Counted from the first letter of the stretch, positions 8,743 through 21,140 are shown. The stretch is DNA of 64,000 nucleotides from Myxococcaceae bacterium (GCA_033763395.1 JANRKQ010000129.1:12554-76553); one strand, 5' to 3'. Notes: generated by a model not told the origin, from the letters alone. A program made the numbers and translations.

Positions 8743-11475
8743 CTACTTCACGACGGCGCCGTCGGCGTCGAGCACCGTCACGGGCCCCAGGTTGAGCGCG
8801 CGCACGCCCGCTTCGATCTTCGCCCGGTCGCCGACGACGACCCACACGAGGCTCTGCGGCTTCACCACCTTGCGCGCGGCGACGTCGTAGTCCTCGCGCT
8901 TGAGCGCGCGCACCTTCGCCGCCCACGTCTGGAAGTAGTCGTCGGGCAGCCCGTAGGTGATGACCTGGCCCATCGCGCCCTGCACGGCGCCGTTCGTCTC
9001 CCACGCGCCCGGGAGCTTCAGCACGCGGTCGGCCTGAATGCGCTCGAACTCCTCGGCGGTGGTGGGGCGCTTGCCGACGAACTCGGTGAGCTCCTTCTGG
9101 ATCTCGGCGAGCGACTCCTTCGTCTTGTCGGTCTGCACCGGCGCCGAGATGCCGAAGAAGCGCTGGCCGCGGGCGTCGCCGAAGAAGGTGCGCACGCCGT
9201 AGCTCCAGTGCTTGTCCTCGCGCAGGTTCATGTTGAGGCGCGAGTTGAAGTCACCGCCCAGCACGGTGTTCATGCCCAGAATCGCGGGCTCGTCGGGGTT
9301 GTTGGTGGGCGGCGCCGGGTGCCCGACGAGAATGACGCTCTGCTGGCTGCCCGGGCGGTCGACGAGCCACACCGAGGGTTTGTCGGCGAGCTTCACCTCG
9401 GGCACCTCGACGCGCGGGGCCGCGCCGCTGGTCCAGCCTGCGAAGGCCTTCTCGAGCTTCGGGAGCAGCTCGGCCAGGGTGATGTCGCCCACGACGCCCA
9501 GGGTCGCGCTCCCCGGCTTGAGTCGCGCCTTCGCGAAGGCCGCCACGTCGTCGCGGGTCAACCGCCCGACGGAGGCCTCGGTGCCGGAGGACGGCAGGGC
9601 GTACGGGTGGCCCTCGCCGAAGAGCAGCCGTGGCGCGAGGCGCGAGGCGATGCCGCCGGGCGAGTTCTTCTCCTGCTTGATGCCGGCGAGGCGCTGGTTC
9701 TTGAGGCGCTCGAAGTCGGCGGCGGGGAAGGTGGGCCTCAGCACCACGTCGGCCATCAGCGCGAGCGAGGGGTCGACGTTCGCCTTGAGCGACGTCATCG
9801 AGATGACCGACACGTCCTGTCCGGCGCCGGTGGAGAGCGTCGAGCCGAGCCGCTGGAGCGCCTCGGACAGCTGAATGGCGTCTCGGGTGCCGGCGCCCTC
9901 GTCGAGCAGATCCATCGCGAGGCTGGCGAGGCCCGCGGTCTGGGCCGTATCGCTCGACGAGCCGCCCTCGAGGCGCAGCCGCAGGTCGAGCACGGGCACG
10001 CCCTTGCGCTCGGCGAGCACCACGGTGAGGCCGTTCTTGAGCGTCGCGCGCTGCAGCGATGGGAACGTCACCTCGGGCGGCGGGCCCAGCGGCGGCAGCT
10101 TCGTGCGGTCGACGCCGTCTTTCGTGTTGGTGAAGGTGCCGAACGGCCGCACCACGAGGTCGAGGCGCGGCGCGCCGAGCCACTCCTTCGCGGCCGCCTG
10201 TACCTGCTTCGGGGTGGCCGTCTCGAGCGTGCGCAGCGAGTCTTTCCACGCGTCGGGGCGGCCCAGGTACACCTGACTTTCGGCCAGCACGTCGCTCTTG
10301 CCGCCGAAGCCGCCGATGCGCTCGAGCCCACGAATGAAGCCGGCCAGCCACTGGGTCCGCAGCCGCGCGAGCTCGTCGTCGGTGGGGCCCTTCTCGAGGA
10401 AGCGCTTGAGCTCCTCGTCGAGCGCCTGCTCCACCTTCGCCAGCTCGACGCCCGGCTTCACCGTGGCGGTGATGATGGCCTGGCCCGCGAGCTCACCGTC
10501 CCAGATGCCGGCCGAGACGTCGGTGGCGATCTGATCGGTGTACACGAGCCGCTTGAAGAGCCGGCTCGTCTTGCCCTGCGCGAGCACGGCGGTGGCGATG
10601 TTGAGCAGGTCGTTGTCGCCGCTGGTGAGCGAGGGCGTCACCCAGAAGCGGTACAGGCGCGTCTGGGGCACGCGGTCTTCGAGCTCCTTGCGCACGTTCG
10701 CGGTGAGCTTCTCGGCCCAGGGTCCCTTTCGCGGCACCGGCGGCCCCGCGGGAATGTGGCCGAAGTACGTCTTCACCTTCTCGTGCACCGCCTTCGCGTC
10801 GACGTCGCCGGCGATGACGAGGGTGGCGTTCGACGGGCCGTACCAGGTCTTGAACCACTCCTGCACGTCCTTGAGCGAGGCGGCGTCGAGGTCTTCCATG
10901 CTGCCCAGCACCGTGCCGCGCGGGTAGGCGTACGGGTGGTGCGAGGGGAAGAGCACCTTGTTGGCCTCGTTGAAGACCTGGCCGTAGGGCTGGTTCTCGC
11001 TCTGCCGCTTCTCGTTCTGCACCACGCCGCGCTGCTCGTCGAGGCGGGCCTGGTCGATGACGCCGAGCAGGTGGCCCATGCGGTCGGACTCGAGGAAGAG
11101 CACGCGGTCGAGCCCGCTCACCGGCACGTTCTGGAAGTAGTTGGTGCGGTCGCGGTTGGTGGTGCCGTTGAGGTCGGTCGCGCCCATGGCGCCGAGCGCC
11201 TTGAAGTAGTCGGTGTTGAAGTGCTCCGAGCCGTTGAACATGAGGTGCTCGAACAGGTGGGCGAAGCCACTCTTGCCGGGCACCTCGTCCTTCGAGCCGA
11301 CGTGGTACCAGACGTTGACGGCGACGATGGGCGCCTTCTTGTCCTCGTGGACGATGAGCGTCAGCCCGTTGTCGAGGACGAACTTCTGGAAGGGCACGTC
11401 GATGCTCTGAGCGAGCGACGGCGCCTTCGACGGAGCCTGGGACAGCACCACTGCAGCGAGCGCGAGTGCGAACAT
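8743..11475 (-). CDS. Secreted M16 (pitrilysin/insulinase) family zinc peptidase, double-length
   Basis: Start chosen at the ATG at 11475, which gives signal peptide MFALALAAVVLSQAPSKAPSLAQS. Inverted zinc motif HLFEHLMFNGSEH. A second M16-like half follows (about 910 aa in total). Confidence 0.85.
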   Translation of the reverse strand: MFALALAAVVLSQAPSKAPSLAQSIDVPFQKFVLDNGLTLIVHEDKKAPIVAVNVWYHVGSKDEVPGKSGFAHLFEHLMFNGSEHFNTDYFKALGAMGATDLNGTTNRDRTNYFQNVPVSGLDRVLFLESDRMGHLLGVIDQARLDEQRGVVQNEKRQSENQPYGQVFNEANKVLFPSHHPYAYPRGTVLGSMEDLDAASLKDVQEWFKTWYGPSNATLVIAGDVDAKAVHEKVKTYFGHIPAGPPVPRKGPWAEKLTANVRKELEDRVPQTRLYRFWVTPSLTSGDNDLLNIATAVLAQGKTSRLFKRLVYTDQIATDVSAGIWDGELAGQAIITATVKPGVELAKVEQALDEELKRFLEKGPTDDELARLRTQWLAGFIRGLERIGGFGGKSDVLAESQVYLGRPDAWKDSLRTLETATPKQVQAAAKEWLGAPRLDLVVRPFGTFTNTKDGVDRTKLPPLGPPPEVTFPSLQRATLKNGLTVVLAERKGVPVLDLRLRLEGGSSSDTAQTAGLASLAMDLLDEGAGTRDAIQLSEALQRLGSTLSTGAGQDVSVISMTSLKANVDPSLALMADVVLRPTFPAADFERLKNQRLAGIKQEKNSPGGIASRLAPRLLFGEGHPYALPSSGTEASVGRLTRDDVAAFAKARLKPGSATLGVVGDITLAELLPKLEKAFAGWTSGAAPRVEVPEVKLADKPSVWLVDRPGSQQSVILVGHPAPPTNNPDEPAILGMNTVLGGDFNSRLNMNLREDKHWSYGVRTFFGDARGQRFFGISAPVQTDKTKESLAEIQKELTEFVGKRPTTAEEFERIQADRVLKLPGAWETNGAVQGAMGQVITYGLPDDYFQTWAAKVRALKREDYDVAARKVVKPQSLVWVVVGDRAKIEAGVRALNLGPVTVLDADGAVVK

Positions 11476-11707
11476 GGGCCGAGGGCATAGCGCCGCTCCG
11501 AGACCGGTGCCGCTGCTTCGTGAGGCGGCGACCTCACCGCTCGGGGTATCCAGCCTCGCGTTGGTGCCGAATCGCGAGCACGTCGATGCGGCCGCGGCGC
11601 ACACGGTAGAGCGCGAGGGACCCCGTCTTGGAGCTTGAGGGTCGTGACGGTCGTCGACATGAGGTCATCCTGAAGGATGACCGAGCGAAACTCGAGGGCG
11701 CGACCGG

Positions 11708-13513
11708 TCAATGTCCCCGACACGACGCCTGCGCCTGGTCGGCGAAGGCGCCCGCTCCCAGCGCGCGGAGCTCGGCGAGCAGGCCCTTCGCCTCGTCACA
11801 TCGCTTCGCCTTCACGGCGGTGAGCGTCAACTGCTGGAGCGCGGCCACGAGGTTGTTGGTGAGCGCCTCGCTGCCAGGCACGTCGAGGAGCCCATGGCGG
11901 GCCTGCGTCACCAGCGCGGCCCACTGCCCGGTCTTCGCGAGGCTGGCGGTGAGGTTGACCCAGCAGGGCTCGAGCACCGCTCGCCACCGCGACGGTGGAA
12001 TGCTCCGGCCCAGCACGGCGCGCGCCTCGTCGCAGGCACCCGTCGTGGAGAAGCCCACCGCGATGTTGAACTCGCTGGCCTCGAGGTTCTTTCGAGCCAC
12101 CTCGTTGGTGGGGGCGAGCGCGAGGGCCCGCCGGAAGCCGGTGGACGCGCCCGTGAAGTCCTGCCGGTCGAAGGCCTCGGCGCCCGCCGCCGCGAAGCAG
12201 AAGACGATCGCGTCCTGCGAGCGCCAGGGCTTCTCGGTGAGCCCAGCCACCACGCGCTCGAGCTCGAGTCCGAGCGCCGCGGCGTCGTCACAGGCCCGCG
12301 CGGCTACGAGGCCCTCGAAGCGCGTCGACTCGACTTCATAGAGCGCGAACCGAGCGCCCTCGTCTCCTGGCGCGAGTGAGAGCGCCTGCCGCGCCGCGGC
12401 CAGGGCGAGCGTCGGCTCATTCGCCTTTCGTTTCGCCGACGACAGCGCGGTGAGGCACGCCACCCGCTCCGCCGTGTTCCCCGACACGCAGGTGTCGAGG
12501 CCGCCCTTGCCCCCGAGCTGGCCCTTCGCTTCGCCGACGAGCGGTCCCGCCTCGGTCAGCCCCGCGGCCTTCGCGGCCTCGGCGTGGCGAAGGGACTCGG
12601 CCCAGTCTCCGCGCTTTCCCGCTTCCTGGGCGAGGGTGAAGTGGTGCACCCCGAGGTTGTGCCGAATGACGGCCCGGTGCTCGCCCGCAGAGTCGACGAT
12701 GCGGTCGAGCAGGTGGAGCGCCTCTTCGTGGCGCCCGGCCTGGGCGAGCGCGCGCGCGGTGTCGTTGAAGAGCGCGGCGCGCCAGGTGGCGAAGCGCTCC
12801 TTCGACTTGCCGGCGGCGAGCTGGGTGGCGCGGTCGATGAGGCCGTCGGCGTCGGCCGAGCGCCCCTGCTGCATGAGGAGCACCGCGCGGTTCGCGTACA
12901 GCCCGGCGATGAGCGACAGCACGGGCACCTCTTCGGCGTCGAGGATCTCCTTCTCGACGCGGGCGAGGTCTTCGCCGGGGCGCGCCACCCGTGACAGGTA
13001 CTCAGCTGACAGCATCTGCTTTCGGGGCATGCCGAAGCCCGAGCGCACCGTCGTCTGCACGTCGAAGGCGCGCCCCTTCACCACCACCTGCACCAGCGCG
13101 TGGCGAACCGAGAGCACCGCGCGCGACGACTCGAGCAGCCCTTCCGCCGCGATGACGTAGGCCACCGAGGACGACAGGCAGTTGTACTCGCCGGTGCGCC
13201 AGAGGTCGGGCAGCGTGGTGGCCTCGAGCCGGTACTGGCGGAAGGCGCCGTCGTGCAACACCTCGAGGAGGCGCGCCGCGCGGGCCTGCGGTTCGGCGAG
13301 CGCGAGCGCCGAGGTGCGCGCGGGGGTCAGCAGCGAGAGGAGCGCGTCGCGCGCGGTGCCGAGCTCTCCATCGGGAACCCCGCTCGCGATGAGCGCCGCG
13401 TCGGTGAAGTCGACCTGGTCGAGCGCGCCGTCCTTCGCGTCGGCGAGGAGCGCGGCCTCGCGAGCTGATGGAGGCGCGAGCGCGAGGGTGAGGCTGACGA
13501 GCGTGATGAACAT
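11708..13513 (-). CDS. Secreted protein with possible transglutaminase-like Cys-His-Asp core followed by TPR-like helical repeats
   Basis: 601 aa with an N-terminal signal-like MFITLVSLTLALAPPSA. The segment TGEYNCLSSSVAYVIAAEGLL...VRHALVQVVVKGRAFDVQTT resembles a transglutaminase-like core (tentative). The C-terminal two thirds are Ala/Leu-rich helical repeats. Confidence 0.6.
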   Translation of the reverse strand: MFITLVSLTLALAPPSAREAALLADAKDGALDQVDFTDAALIASGVPDGELGTARDALLSLLTPARTSALALAEPQARAARLLEVLHDGAFRQYRLEATTLPDLWRTGEYNCLSSSVAYVIAAEGLLESSRAVLSVRHALVQVVVKGRAFDVQTTVRSGFGMPRKQMLSAEYLSRVARPGEDLARVEKEILDAEEVPVLSLIAGLYANRAVLLMQQGRSADADGLIDRATQLAAGKSKERFATWRAALFNDTARALAQAGRHEEALHLLDRIVDSAGEHRAVIRHNLGVHHFTLAQEAGKRGDWAESLRHAEAAKAAGLTEAGPLVGEAKGQLGGKGGLDTCVSGNTAERVACLTALSSAKRKANEPTLALAAARQALSLAPGDEGARFALYEVESTRFEGLVAARACDDAAALGLELERVVAGLTEKPWRSQDAIVFCFAAAGAEAFDRQDFTGASTGFRRALALAPTNEVARKNLEASEFNIAVGFSTTGACDEARAVLGRSIPPSRWRAVLEPCWVNLTASLAKTGQWAALVTQARHGLLDVPGSEALTNNLVAALQQLTLTAVKAKRCDEAKGLLAELRALGAGAFADQAQASCRGH

Positions 13514-13928
13514 GGGCGGACCGAGTATCGCCCAACCCGGCGCTGGCGACCGGTCATCAGGGCAGGGGGCCGACGCTGGAGCATGAAGAGCGTCGTACAG
13601 AGAGGCACAGGCGGCCAGGACTTCATCGGCGCTGCGCCTTCTCGGTCGGATGGGTCAGATGTCGGTGTTCCCCGACTTTCGGCTTCGGTTCCGCTGCGGG
13701 TGCCCTGGCTGATCGAAAGCAGCCGTCGACGGTATCGGAGCAGCGCCGCTCTCTGCCTCCGGGAGGTCGTTGCCCTCCTCCGTCGGGAGCGGGAACGCGA
13801 GCACAGCGGGGGGCGCAACGCCCTGGCGAACAGCCGCACCGGGGGTCGCCCCCGAGCCGTGAACAGCCCTGTTGCAGGGGGCCGCTTCATGGTTCCGCTC
13901 TGGCTGTCTAAGGTCTTGAAATAAATGG

Positions 13929-13946
13929 CGAATCGACGTCGATTCG
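13929..13946. promoter_or_regulatory. 18-bp perfect palindrome CGAATCGACGTCGATTCG in the only AT-richer patch upstream of gyrB; candidate operator overlapping a weak TTGAAA-N17-TCGATT promoter
   Basis: I verified the reverse complement base by base. TTGAAA lies at 13916-13921. The half-site GAATCGAC recurs at 14026-14033, just after the gyrB ATG. Confidence 0.3.
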
Positions 13947-13986
13947 GCAGTCGAAAAGCCACCGATTTCCGCCGGCGAAGTGGTAG

Positions 13987-16536
<2,550 letters not shown>

Positions 16537-16574
16537 CGAAGCGTCGACGGCCTCATGGCTTCGGGGGAACACCG

Positions 16575-17567
16575 GTGCGACTGTTCGTGGTGGTGCTGGT
16601 CCTCGCGGCGATGGGCGCAGCCGCGCAGGGCAAATCGAAGAAGGGCAAGCTGAGCGAGCCTGAAGCCGCGCCGGCCCCCGTCGCGCCCGCGCCCGTCGTG
16701 GAGCCGACGACGCCCAGTCCCGTCGCGCCGACGCCCACGCCCGACCCGCCCGTGCCTGCCGCTCCGAAGCTCACGGTCTCGGCCGACACGAAGCCGCGCC
16801 TCGCCGTCACCGCGCTCGAGGCGCAGGGCGTGACGCCGGCCCAGGCCGCGGCGGTGACGGACGCCGTGGTGGCGGCGCTGTCGGAGCGGGGCCTCTTCGA
16901 CGTCATCTCGGCCCGCGACATCGCCACCGCCCTGTCCGCCGAGCGACAGAAGCAGCTCCTGGGCGTGTGTGAGTCCGACGCCGACGCCTGCAACAGCTCG
17001 CTCGGAGAGGTCCTCTCGGCGCCGTTCATCGTCTCGGGCCAGCTGTCGCGCATCGGCACCGCCTTTCAGCTGACCCTGCAGACGTTCGACGTGGTGAAGG
17101 GCCGGCCCGCGGGGCGCGCGAACCGGGTGGCGTCGTCGCTCGAGGCGTTGCAGCAGGTCATTCCGTACGCAGCCGCCGAGGCGACGGGGTCTCCCCTGCC
17201 GCCGCCCCCGTCGCGGGTCGTGCCGATCACGCTGCTGTCGGCGGGCGCGGTGTCGTTCATCTCGGGCGCCGTCTTCGGCATCATCACGCTGACGCAGGAG
17301 CGGCTGCTCAACGACGAGCTCTGCCCCGGCGGAGTTCCTCCCGACGGGCGCTGCACCGGCACGGCGTTGAGCGAGCGCGCGTTCTACCTGACGCAGAATG
17401 ACGCCCTGGCGCGGCAGAAGTGGGTGAGCGTCGGGCTGATGGCCGCGGGCGCGGTGATGACGGTGCTGGGCGTCGTCGTGATGCCGCCGTTCGAGTCGCC
17501 CGGGCGGGTGTCGCTCAGGGTGACGCCCACGCTGGGTGGGTTCGCGGTGACGGGAGGTTTCTGGTGA
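16575..17567 (+). CDS. Membrane-anchored periplasmic alpha/beta-domain protein (paralog of 32793..33602)
   Basis: GTG at 16575 is preceded by GGGGGAA. Signal/anchor is VRLFVVVLVLAAMGAAAQG, followed by a Pro-rich linker. The domain LAVTALEAQGV...FIVSGQLSRIGTAFQLTLQTFDV is followed by GSPLPPPPSR, two hydrophobic helices and a Gly-rich tail. An alternative ATG at 16491 would overlap gyrB. Confidence 0.65.
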   Translation: MRLFVVVLVLAAMGAAAQGKSKKGKLSEPEAAPAPVAPAPVVEPTTPSPVAPTPTPDPPVPAAPKLTVSADTKPRLAVTALEAQGVTPAQAAAVTDAVVAALSERGLFDVISARDIATALSAERQKQLLGVCESDADACNSSLGEVLSAPFIVSGQLSRIGTAFQLTLQTFDVVKGRPAGRANRVASSLEALQQVIPYAAAEATGSPLPPPPSRVVPITLLSAGAVSFISGAVFGIITLTQERLLNDELCPGGVPPDGRCTGTALSERAFYLTQNDALARQKWVSVGLMAAGAVMTVLGVVVMPPFESPGRVSLRVTPTLGGFAVTGGFW

Positions 17568-19843
17568 GGGGCGTCTGGCCTGCGGTGGTGGTGGCCGTCT
17601 TGACGGGGTGCCCCGGGTTGCTCGTCGGGCCCGGCAACGACTTTCCCTGCGACTTCGCCAGGCCCCCCGGTGAGCGCGACGCCGTCTGCTCTCCCGGCGA
17701 CGTCTGCGGCGTGTCGAACCGCTGCCAGCGGTACGTCGACGAGGGGCCCCAGTTCGAAGGCGCCCCGACGTTTCCACAGTTCACCGCCGAGGTGGGCTCG
17801 GGGGTGGTCGTTCACCCGAAGGTCCTGACGGGAGCCGTCGAGGCCGTCGTCACGGTTCCTCCGAGGGCCGTCTTCGTTCGCACGGCCGACGGGACGTTTC
17901 TCGTGGAAGCCGACTCGCCCGCGCCGACGCGGTTCGACGCGGGCTTTGACGCTCGCGACGTCGCCGACGTCATCGTCTTCCCACGGGACGGGGGCTGGCG
18001 CACCTTCTGGCGCGAGCGCGACGGCGACACCTTCTTCAGAGACTCGAACTCGCCGGGTTCGCCACAGCCTCTCGGCATCAAGGCCGCGCAGTGGCGAAGG
18101 CTGGGGCCGCAGCGCATCGGCGTCATCATCGAAGGCCGACAGGGCTTTGGCGTCGTGGAGCAGGCGTCGATGGTGCCGTCCTTCCAGCGCCTGCTGGACG
18201 ACGCGGGCACTGCGCTGTTCGACGTCGTACCGGGTCCCTCGATACGCCTTGGAGAGCGCCCTGCGGTGCTGCTCGCGCGAGAGGCGCTGCTGGTCGAAGG
18301 GGCCGACGGTGGCTTCGTCTCCGTCGCCGCGGTGTCGTTGCCGCCGCCGCCGATGCTCCCCGCGGAGCGGCGATTTCCTTCGCTCAGCATCGACGAGGCG
18401 GGCGCGGTGGCCGCCGTGCTGTCGAGAACGCCGCCGCTCCTGACGACGCTCGTCACTTCGCGCACCGGGTTCGGGCTCGAGGTGGCCTCAGCGTGGCCTG
18501 ACTGTGTGCCGTGCCCGAGGGCCTTCGTCGCGACGCCTGGTCTCGACCGGGTCGGCCCCTTCGTCGACGTCCTCTGCGAGGGCAGCATTCGCCGTGTTCG
18601 CGGGGCTCTGCCGGGCGGGCGCTGCCTCGAGGAGTTGATCGAGCCACCCTTCGACGTTTCGCAGGTGAGCAATCGCGAGCCGGTGTTGGACACGACGCTG
18701 GCGACGGGCTTCGCGGTGGGCGGGCTCAGTGGGCAAGTCTGGGTCGGCCGAACCGTCGGGACCGCCCAGCCCGTCTTCATGGAGCGGGTGCCCGTCGACG
18801 TCAGCAAGGTGGGCCTCGCTGACGGAACGAGCCCCGTCTTCGCCCTCACGACAGCCGGGCTCTTCGACGGGCGCCCCGAGCGTGGCTACCTGTCCATCGC
18901 GCCCGAGGCGACGTCGCGCATCGCGGCCCTCGTCGGAGAAGGGCAGGGCTGGGTCGTCGGTGAAGGTGGCAACCTGGTGCGGGTCAGCAACGTCGGCAAG
19001 GCGTCGCCCACCGTTCGTTTCGGCCCGCGGCTCATCGATGGCCGCGGTGAGGCGGTGACGCGGCCGCTCCGGGGAGAGGCCTTCGTCGGCGTCGACGCCG
19101 GCGTCGCCTCGATGCTCATCGCCGCCGACGACTCGCTGTATTTCCTCGTGCCGCCGAGGCCGGCCGAGTCAGCGGGCCAGCTGGGCGACCTCGCGCCAGT
19201 GGCCACGCCAGAGCCGTCGTCCTTCATCCGGAGTCTGGCCATCGAGCGCACGCCCGTGGACTCCGACGGCGTGGAGCGCGTGCACGCCTACGTGGTGACG
19301 TCACGAAACGTCTTCGACGTGACGCTCGGTGGCGCGCCGCGCCGATGGACGGCGACGCCGCTCACCTTCTCGGCGGCAGGGCCGCTCGAGGTGTGGTTCG
19401 ACAACCCGCAGAGCCGGCTCGCCCGCGTCGGGTATGTCGACGGCACCGTCTTCTCGATTCCCGGTGGGTTCCAACTCACCGAGCGCCTGCCCGCGGCGAG
19501 CGACGGCTCTCCCATCGCGGTGGTGGACTATGACAACCTGGGCGGTTGGCCTGTCGCCCTCACCGAGCATGGGCTCTTCGTCGCTCGCTACGATGAGGTT
19601 CGACCCGGTCAGCTCGACAACCGCTTCCCAGATGGCGGCGTCAACAAGCCCATGTCCTGGCGGGAAGTGGTCCTGCCCGATGGCTCTCGTCCCTGGCGCC
19701 AGCAAGGCCCTCGCTTCGGCGCGAAACCGGCGAAGATCTTCGTGCTTGCCGAAGCGCCCACGTCGGCGGGCCAGACGTTCCGGCTCCTCGTCTACCTGCC
19801 GACGCAGGTCATCGAGGTGGGTCGACACGTTCGTACCCGCTAG
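17564..19843 (+). CDS. Large uncharacterised lipoprotein (paralog of the C-terminal part of 29875..32796)
   Basis: The GTG start overlaps the upstream stop as GTGA (17564-17567). Lipobox is VVAVLTGC. One Cys-rich module is present (CDFARPPGERDAVCSPGDVCGVSNRC). About 700 aa of beta-rich sequence follow with no family I recognise. Confidence 0.65.
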   Translation: MRGVWPAVVVAVLTGCPGLLVGPGNDFPCDFARPPGERDAVCSPGDVCGVSNRCQRYVDEGPQFEGAPTFPQFTAEVGSGVVVHPKVLTGAVEAVVTVPPRAVFVRTADGTFLVEADSPAPTRFDAGFDARDVADVIVFPRDGGWRTFWRERDGDTFFRDSNSPGSPQPLGIKAAQWRRLGPQRIGVIIEGRQGFGVVEQASMVPSFQRLLDDAGTALFDVVPGPSIRLGERPAVLLAREALLVEGADGGFVSVAAVSLPPPPMLPAERRFPSLSIDEAGAVAAVLSRTPPLLTTLVTSRTGFGLEVASAWPDCVPCPRAFVATPGLDRVGPFVDVLCEGSIRRVRGALPGGRCLEELIEPPFDVSQVSNREPVLDTTLATGFAVGGLSGQVWVGRTVGTAQPVFMERVPVDVSKVGLADGTSPVFALTTAGLFDGRPERGYLSIAPEATSRIAALVGEGQGWVVGEGGNLVRVSNVGKASPTVRFGPRLIDGRGEAVTRPLRGEAFVGVDAGVASMLIAADDSLYFLVPPRPAESAGQLGDLAPVATPEPSSFIRSLAIERTPVDSDGVERVHAYVVTSRNVFDVTLGGAPRRWTATPLTFSAAGPLEVWFDNPQSRLARVGYVDGTVFSIPGGFQLTERLPAASDGSPIAVVDYDNLGGWPVALTEHGLFVARYDEVRPGQLDNRFPDGGVNKPMSWREVVLPDGSRPWRQQGPRFGAKPAKIFVLAEAPTSAGQTFRLLVYLPTQVIEVGRHVRTR

Positions 19844-19940
19844 GGCGATCGCCTTCTTCCGGTGAGTTGCAGCCACGGCCAGTCACCGTTCGACCGGGCG
19901 TTTGGGTTGCGCCGAGCAGAAAGGTGATGATGAAGACGTC

Positions 19941-21083
19941 ATGGGCGCCTCATTCAAGATCGCCACCGTCTTCGGCATCGACCTTCGGCTCCACGTCACC
20001 TTCGTGCTGGTGCTGCTGCTGGGCGCGTGGCCGTGGCTCGTCTGGGGCCCCGCTGGCGGCCTCTTCGGCGTCGTCATGTCGCTCGCCGTCTTCGCGTGCA
20101 TCGCGCTGCACGAGCTGGGGCACTCGCTGGTGGCGAAGGCCTATGGCATTCCCGTCACCGACATCACGCTGACGCCCATCGGCGGTGTGGCGGTGCTGAG
20201 GGATCGACCCAGGACGCCGACGCAAGAGCTCCTCATCGCCATCGCTGGCCCGGCGGTGAACGTGGTGCTGGCGGCCCTCTTCTTCGGCGTTGGGGTGTGG
20301 CTCGAGACGCTCCCCGGCCTCGTCGATGCGCTGCACACGTTCGGGCGTGAGGCGCCGCGGGCCGAGCACATCTGGGTGATGCTCGTCTCGGCCAACATCA
20401 TGCTGGCGCTCTTCAACATGTTGCCAGCGCTGCCGATGGACGGCGGCCGCGTGCTGCGGGCGGTGCTGTCGTATGCGCTCGAGCCGGAGCGGGCGACGCG
20501 CATCGCGGCGGTGGTGGCGCGGGTGGTGGCCATCGGCTTCGTGGCGCTGTGGGCGCTGTCGGACAACGCGAGCCCCATGCTGCCGTTCATCGCGCTGGTG
20601 GTGTACTTCGGCGCTGGCGCCGAGGTGCGCGAGGCGAAGCTGACGCGGGTGTTGTCGCAGATTCCGTCGGGCGACGTCGTCTCGCCCTACGCGCCGCGCT
20701 TCGAGCCCGGCACGACGCTGGGCCAGGCCGTCATGGTGCTCCAGGTGTCTCCGCTGCCCGTCTTCGCGGTGGAGCAGTCGGGGCGCTTCGTCGGTGTCGT
20801 CACAGCGGACGACCTGCTCGAGGCGATTCGGCAGCGCGGTGCCTTCGGGTACGTCTCGGCGGTGGTGCGGCGCGAAGTGCCGGTGGTGCAGTCGACCGAC
20901 TCGCTCGACGTCGCGCGCTCGAAGTTGCAGCGCAGCCCCGTGCGCGCCGCGGCGGTGATGCGCCAGGGCCTCTTCCTGGGGCTCGTCACCGAGGTCGAGC
21001 TCGCCCGCGCGATGGAGGTGTCGGACCGCCTCCAGGCGAAGGTCCAACGGAGCGGCTGGCTCGAGCGGGTGGACCGCCCCTGA
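19941..21083 (+). CDS. Site-2 protease family (M50) zinc metalloprotease with tandem CBS domains
   Basis: HELGHSLVA motif in a TM helix, a downstream NMLPALPMDGG motif, and a C-terminal CBS pair (VMVLQVSPLPVFAVEQSGRFVGVVTADDLL...). Start at ATG 19941; the ORF opens at 19902. Confidence 0.85.
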   Translation: MGASFKIATVFGIDLRLHVTFVLVLLLGAWPWLVWGPAGGLFGVVMSLAVFACIALHELGHSLVAKAYGIPVTDITLTPIGGVAVLRDRPRTPTQELLIAIAGPAVNVVLAALFFGVGVWLETLPGLVDALHTFGREAPRAEHIWVMLVSANIMLALFNMLPALPMDGGRVLRAVLSYALEPERATRIAAVVARVVAIGFVALWALSDNASPMLPFIALVVYFGAGAEVREAKLTRVLSQIPSGDVVSPYAPRFEPGTTLGQAVMVLQVSPLPVFAVEQSGRFVGVVTADDLLEAIRQRGAFGYVSAVVRREVPVVQSTDSLDVARSKLQRSPVRAAAVMRQGLFLGLVTEVELARAMEVSDRLQAKVQRSGWLERVDRP

Positions 21084-21140
21084 CGGGCCGCGCCACGCTT
21101 CCGCGTCGATGACGTCGGTCGCGCTGCGGCTCGCCGAGGC

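Noticed and set aside
7582-11490. 1302-aa plus-strand ORF, the longest in the track
   Set aside because: It lies antisense to the P-type ATPase and the M16 peptidase, both of which have unambiguous catalytic motifs. Its translation is low-complexity Arg/Ala/Gly/His-rich with no motif. It is a typical high-GC shadow ORF.
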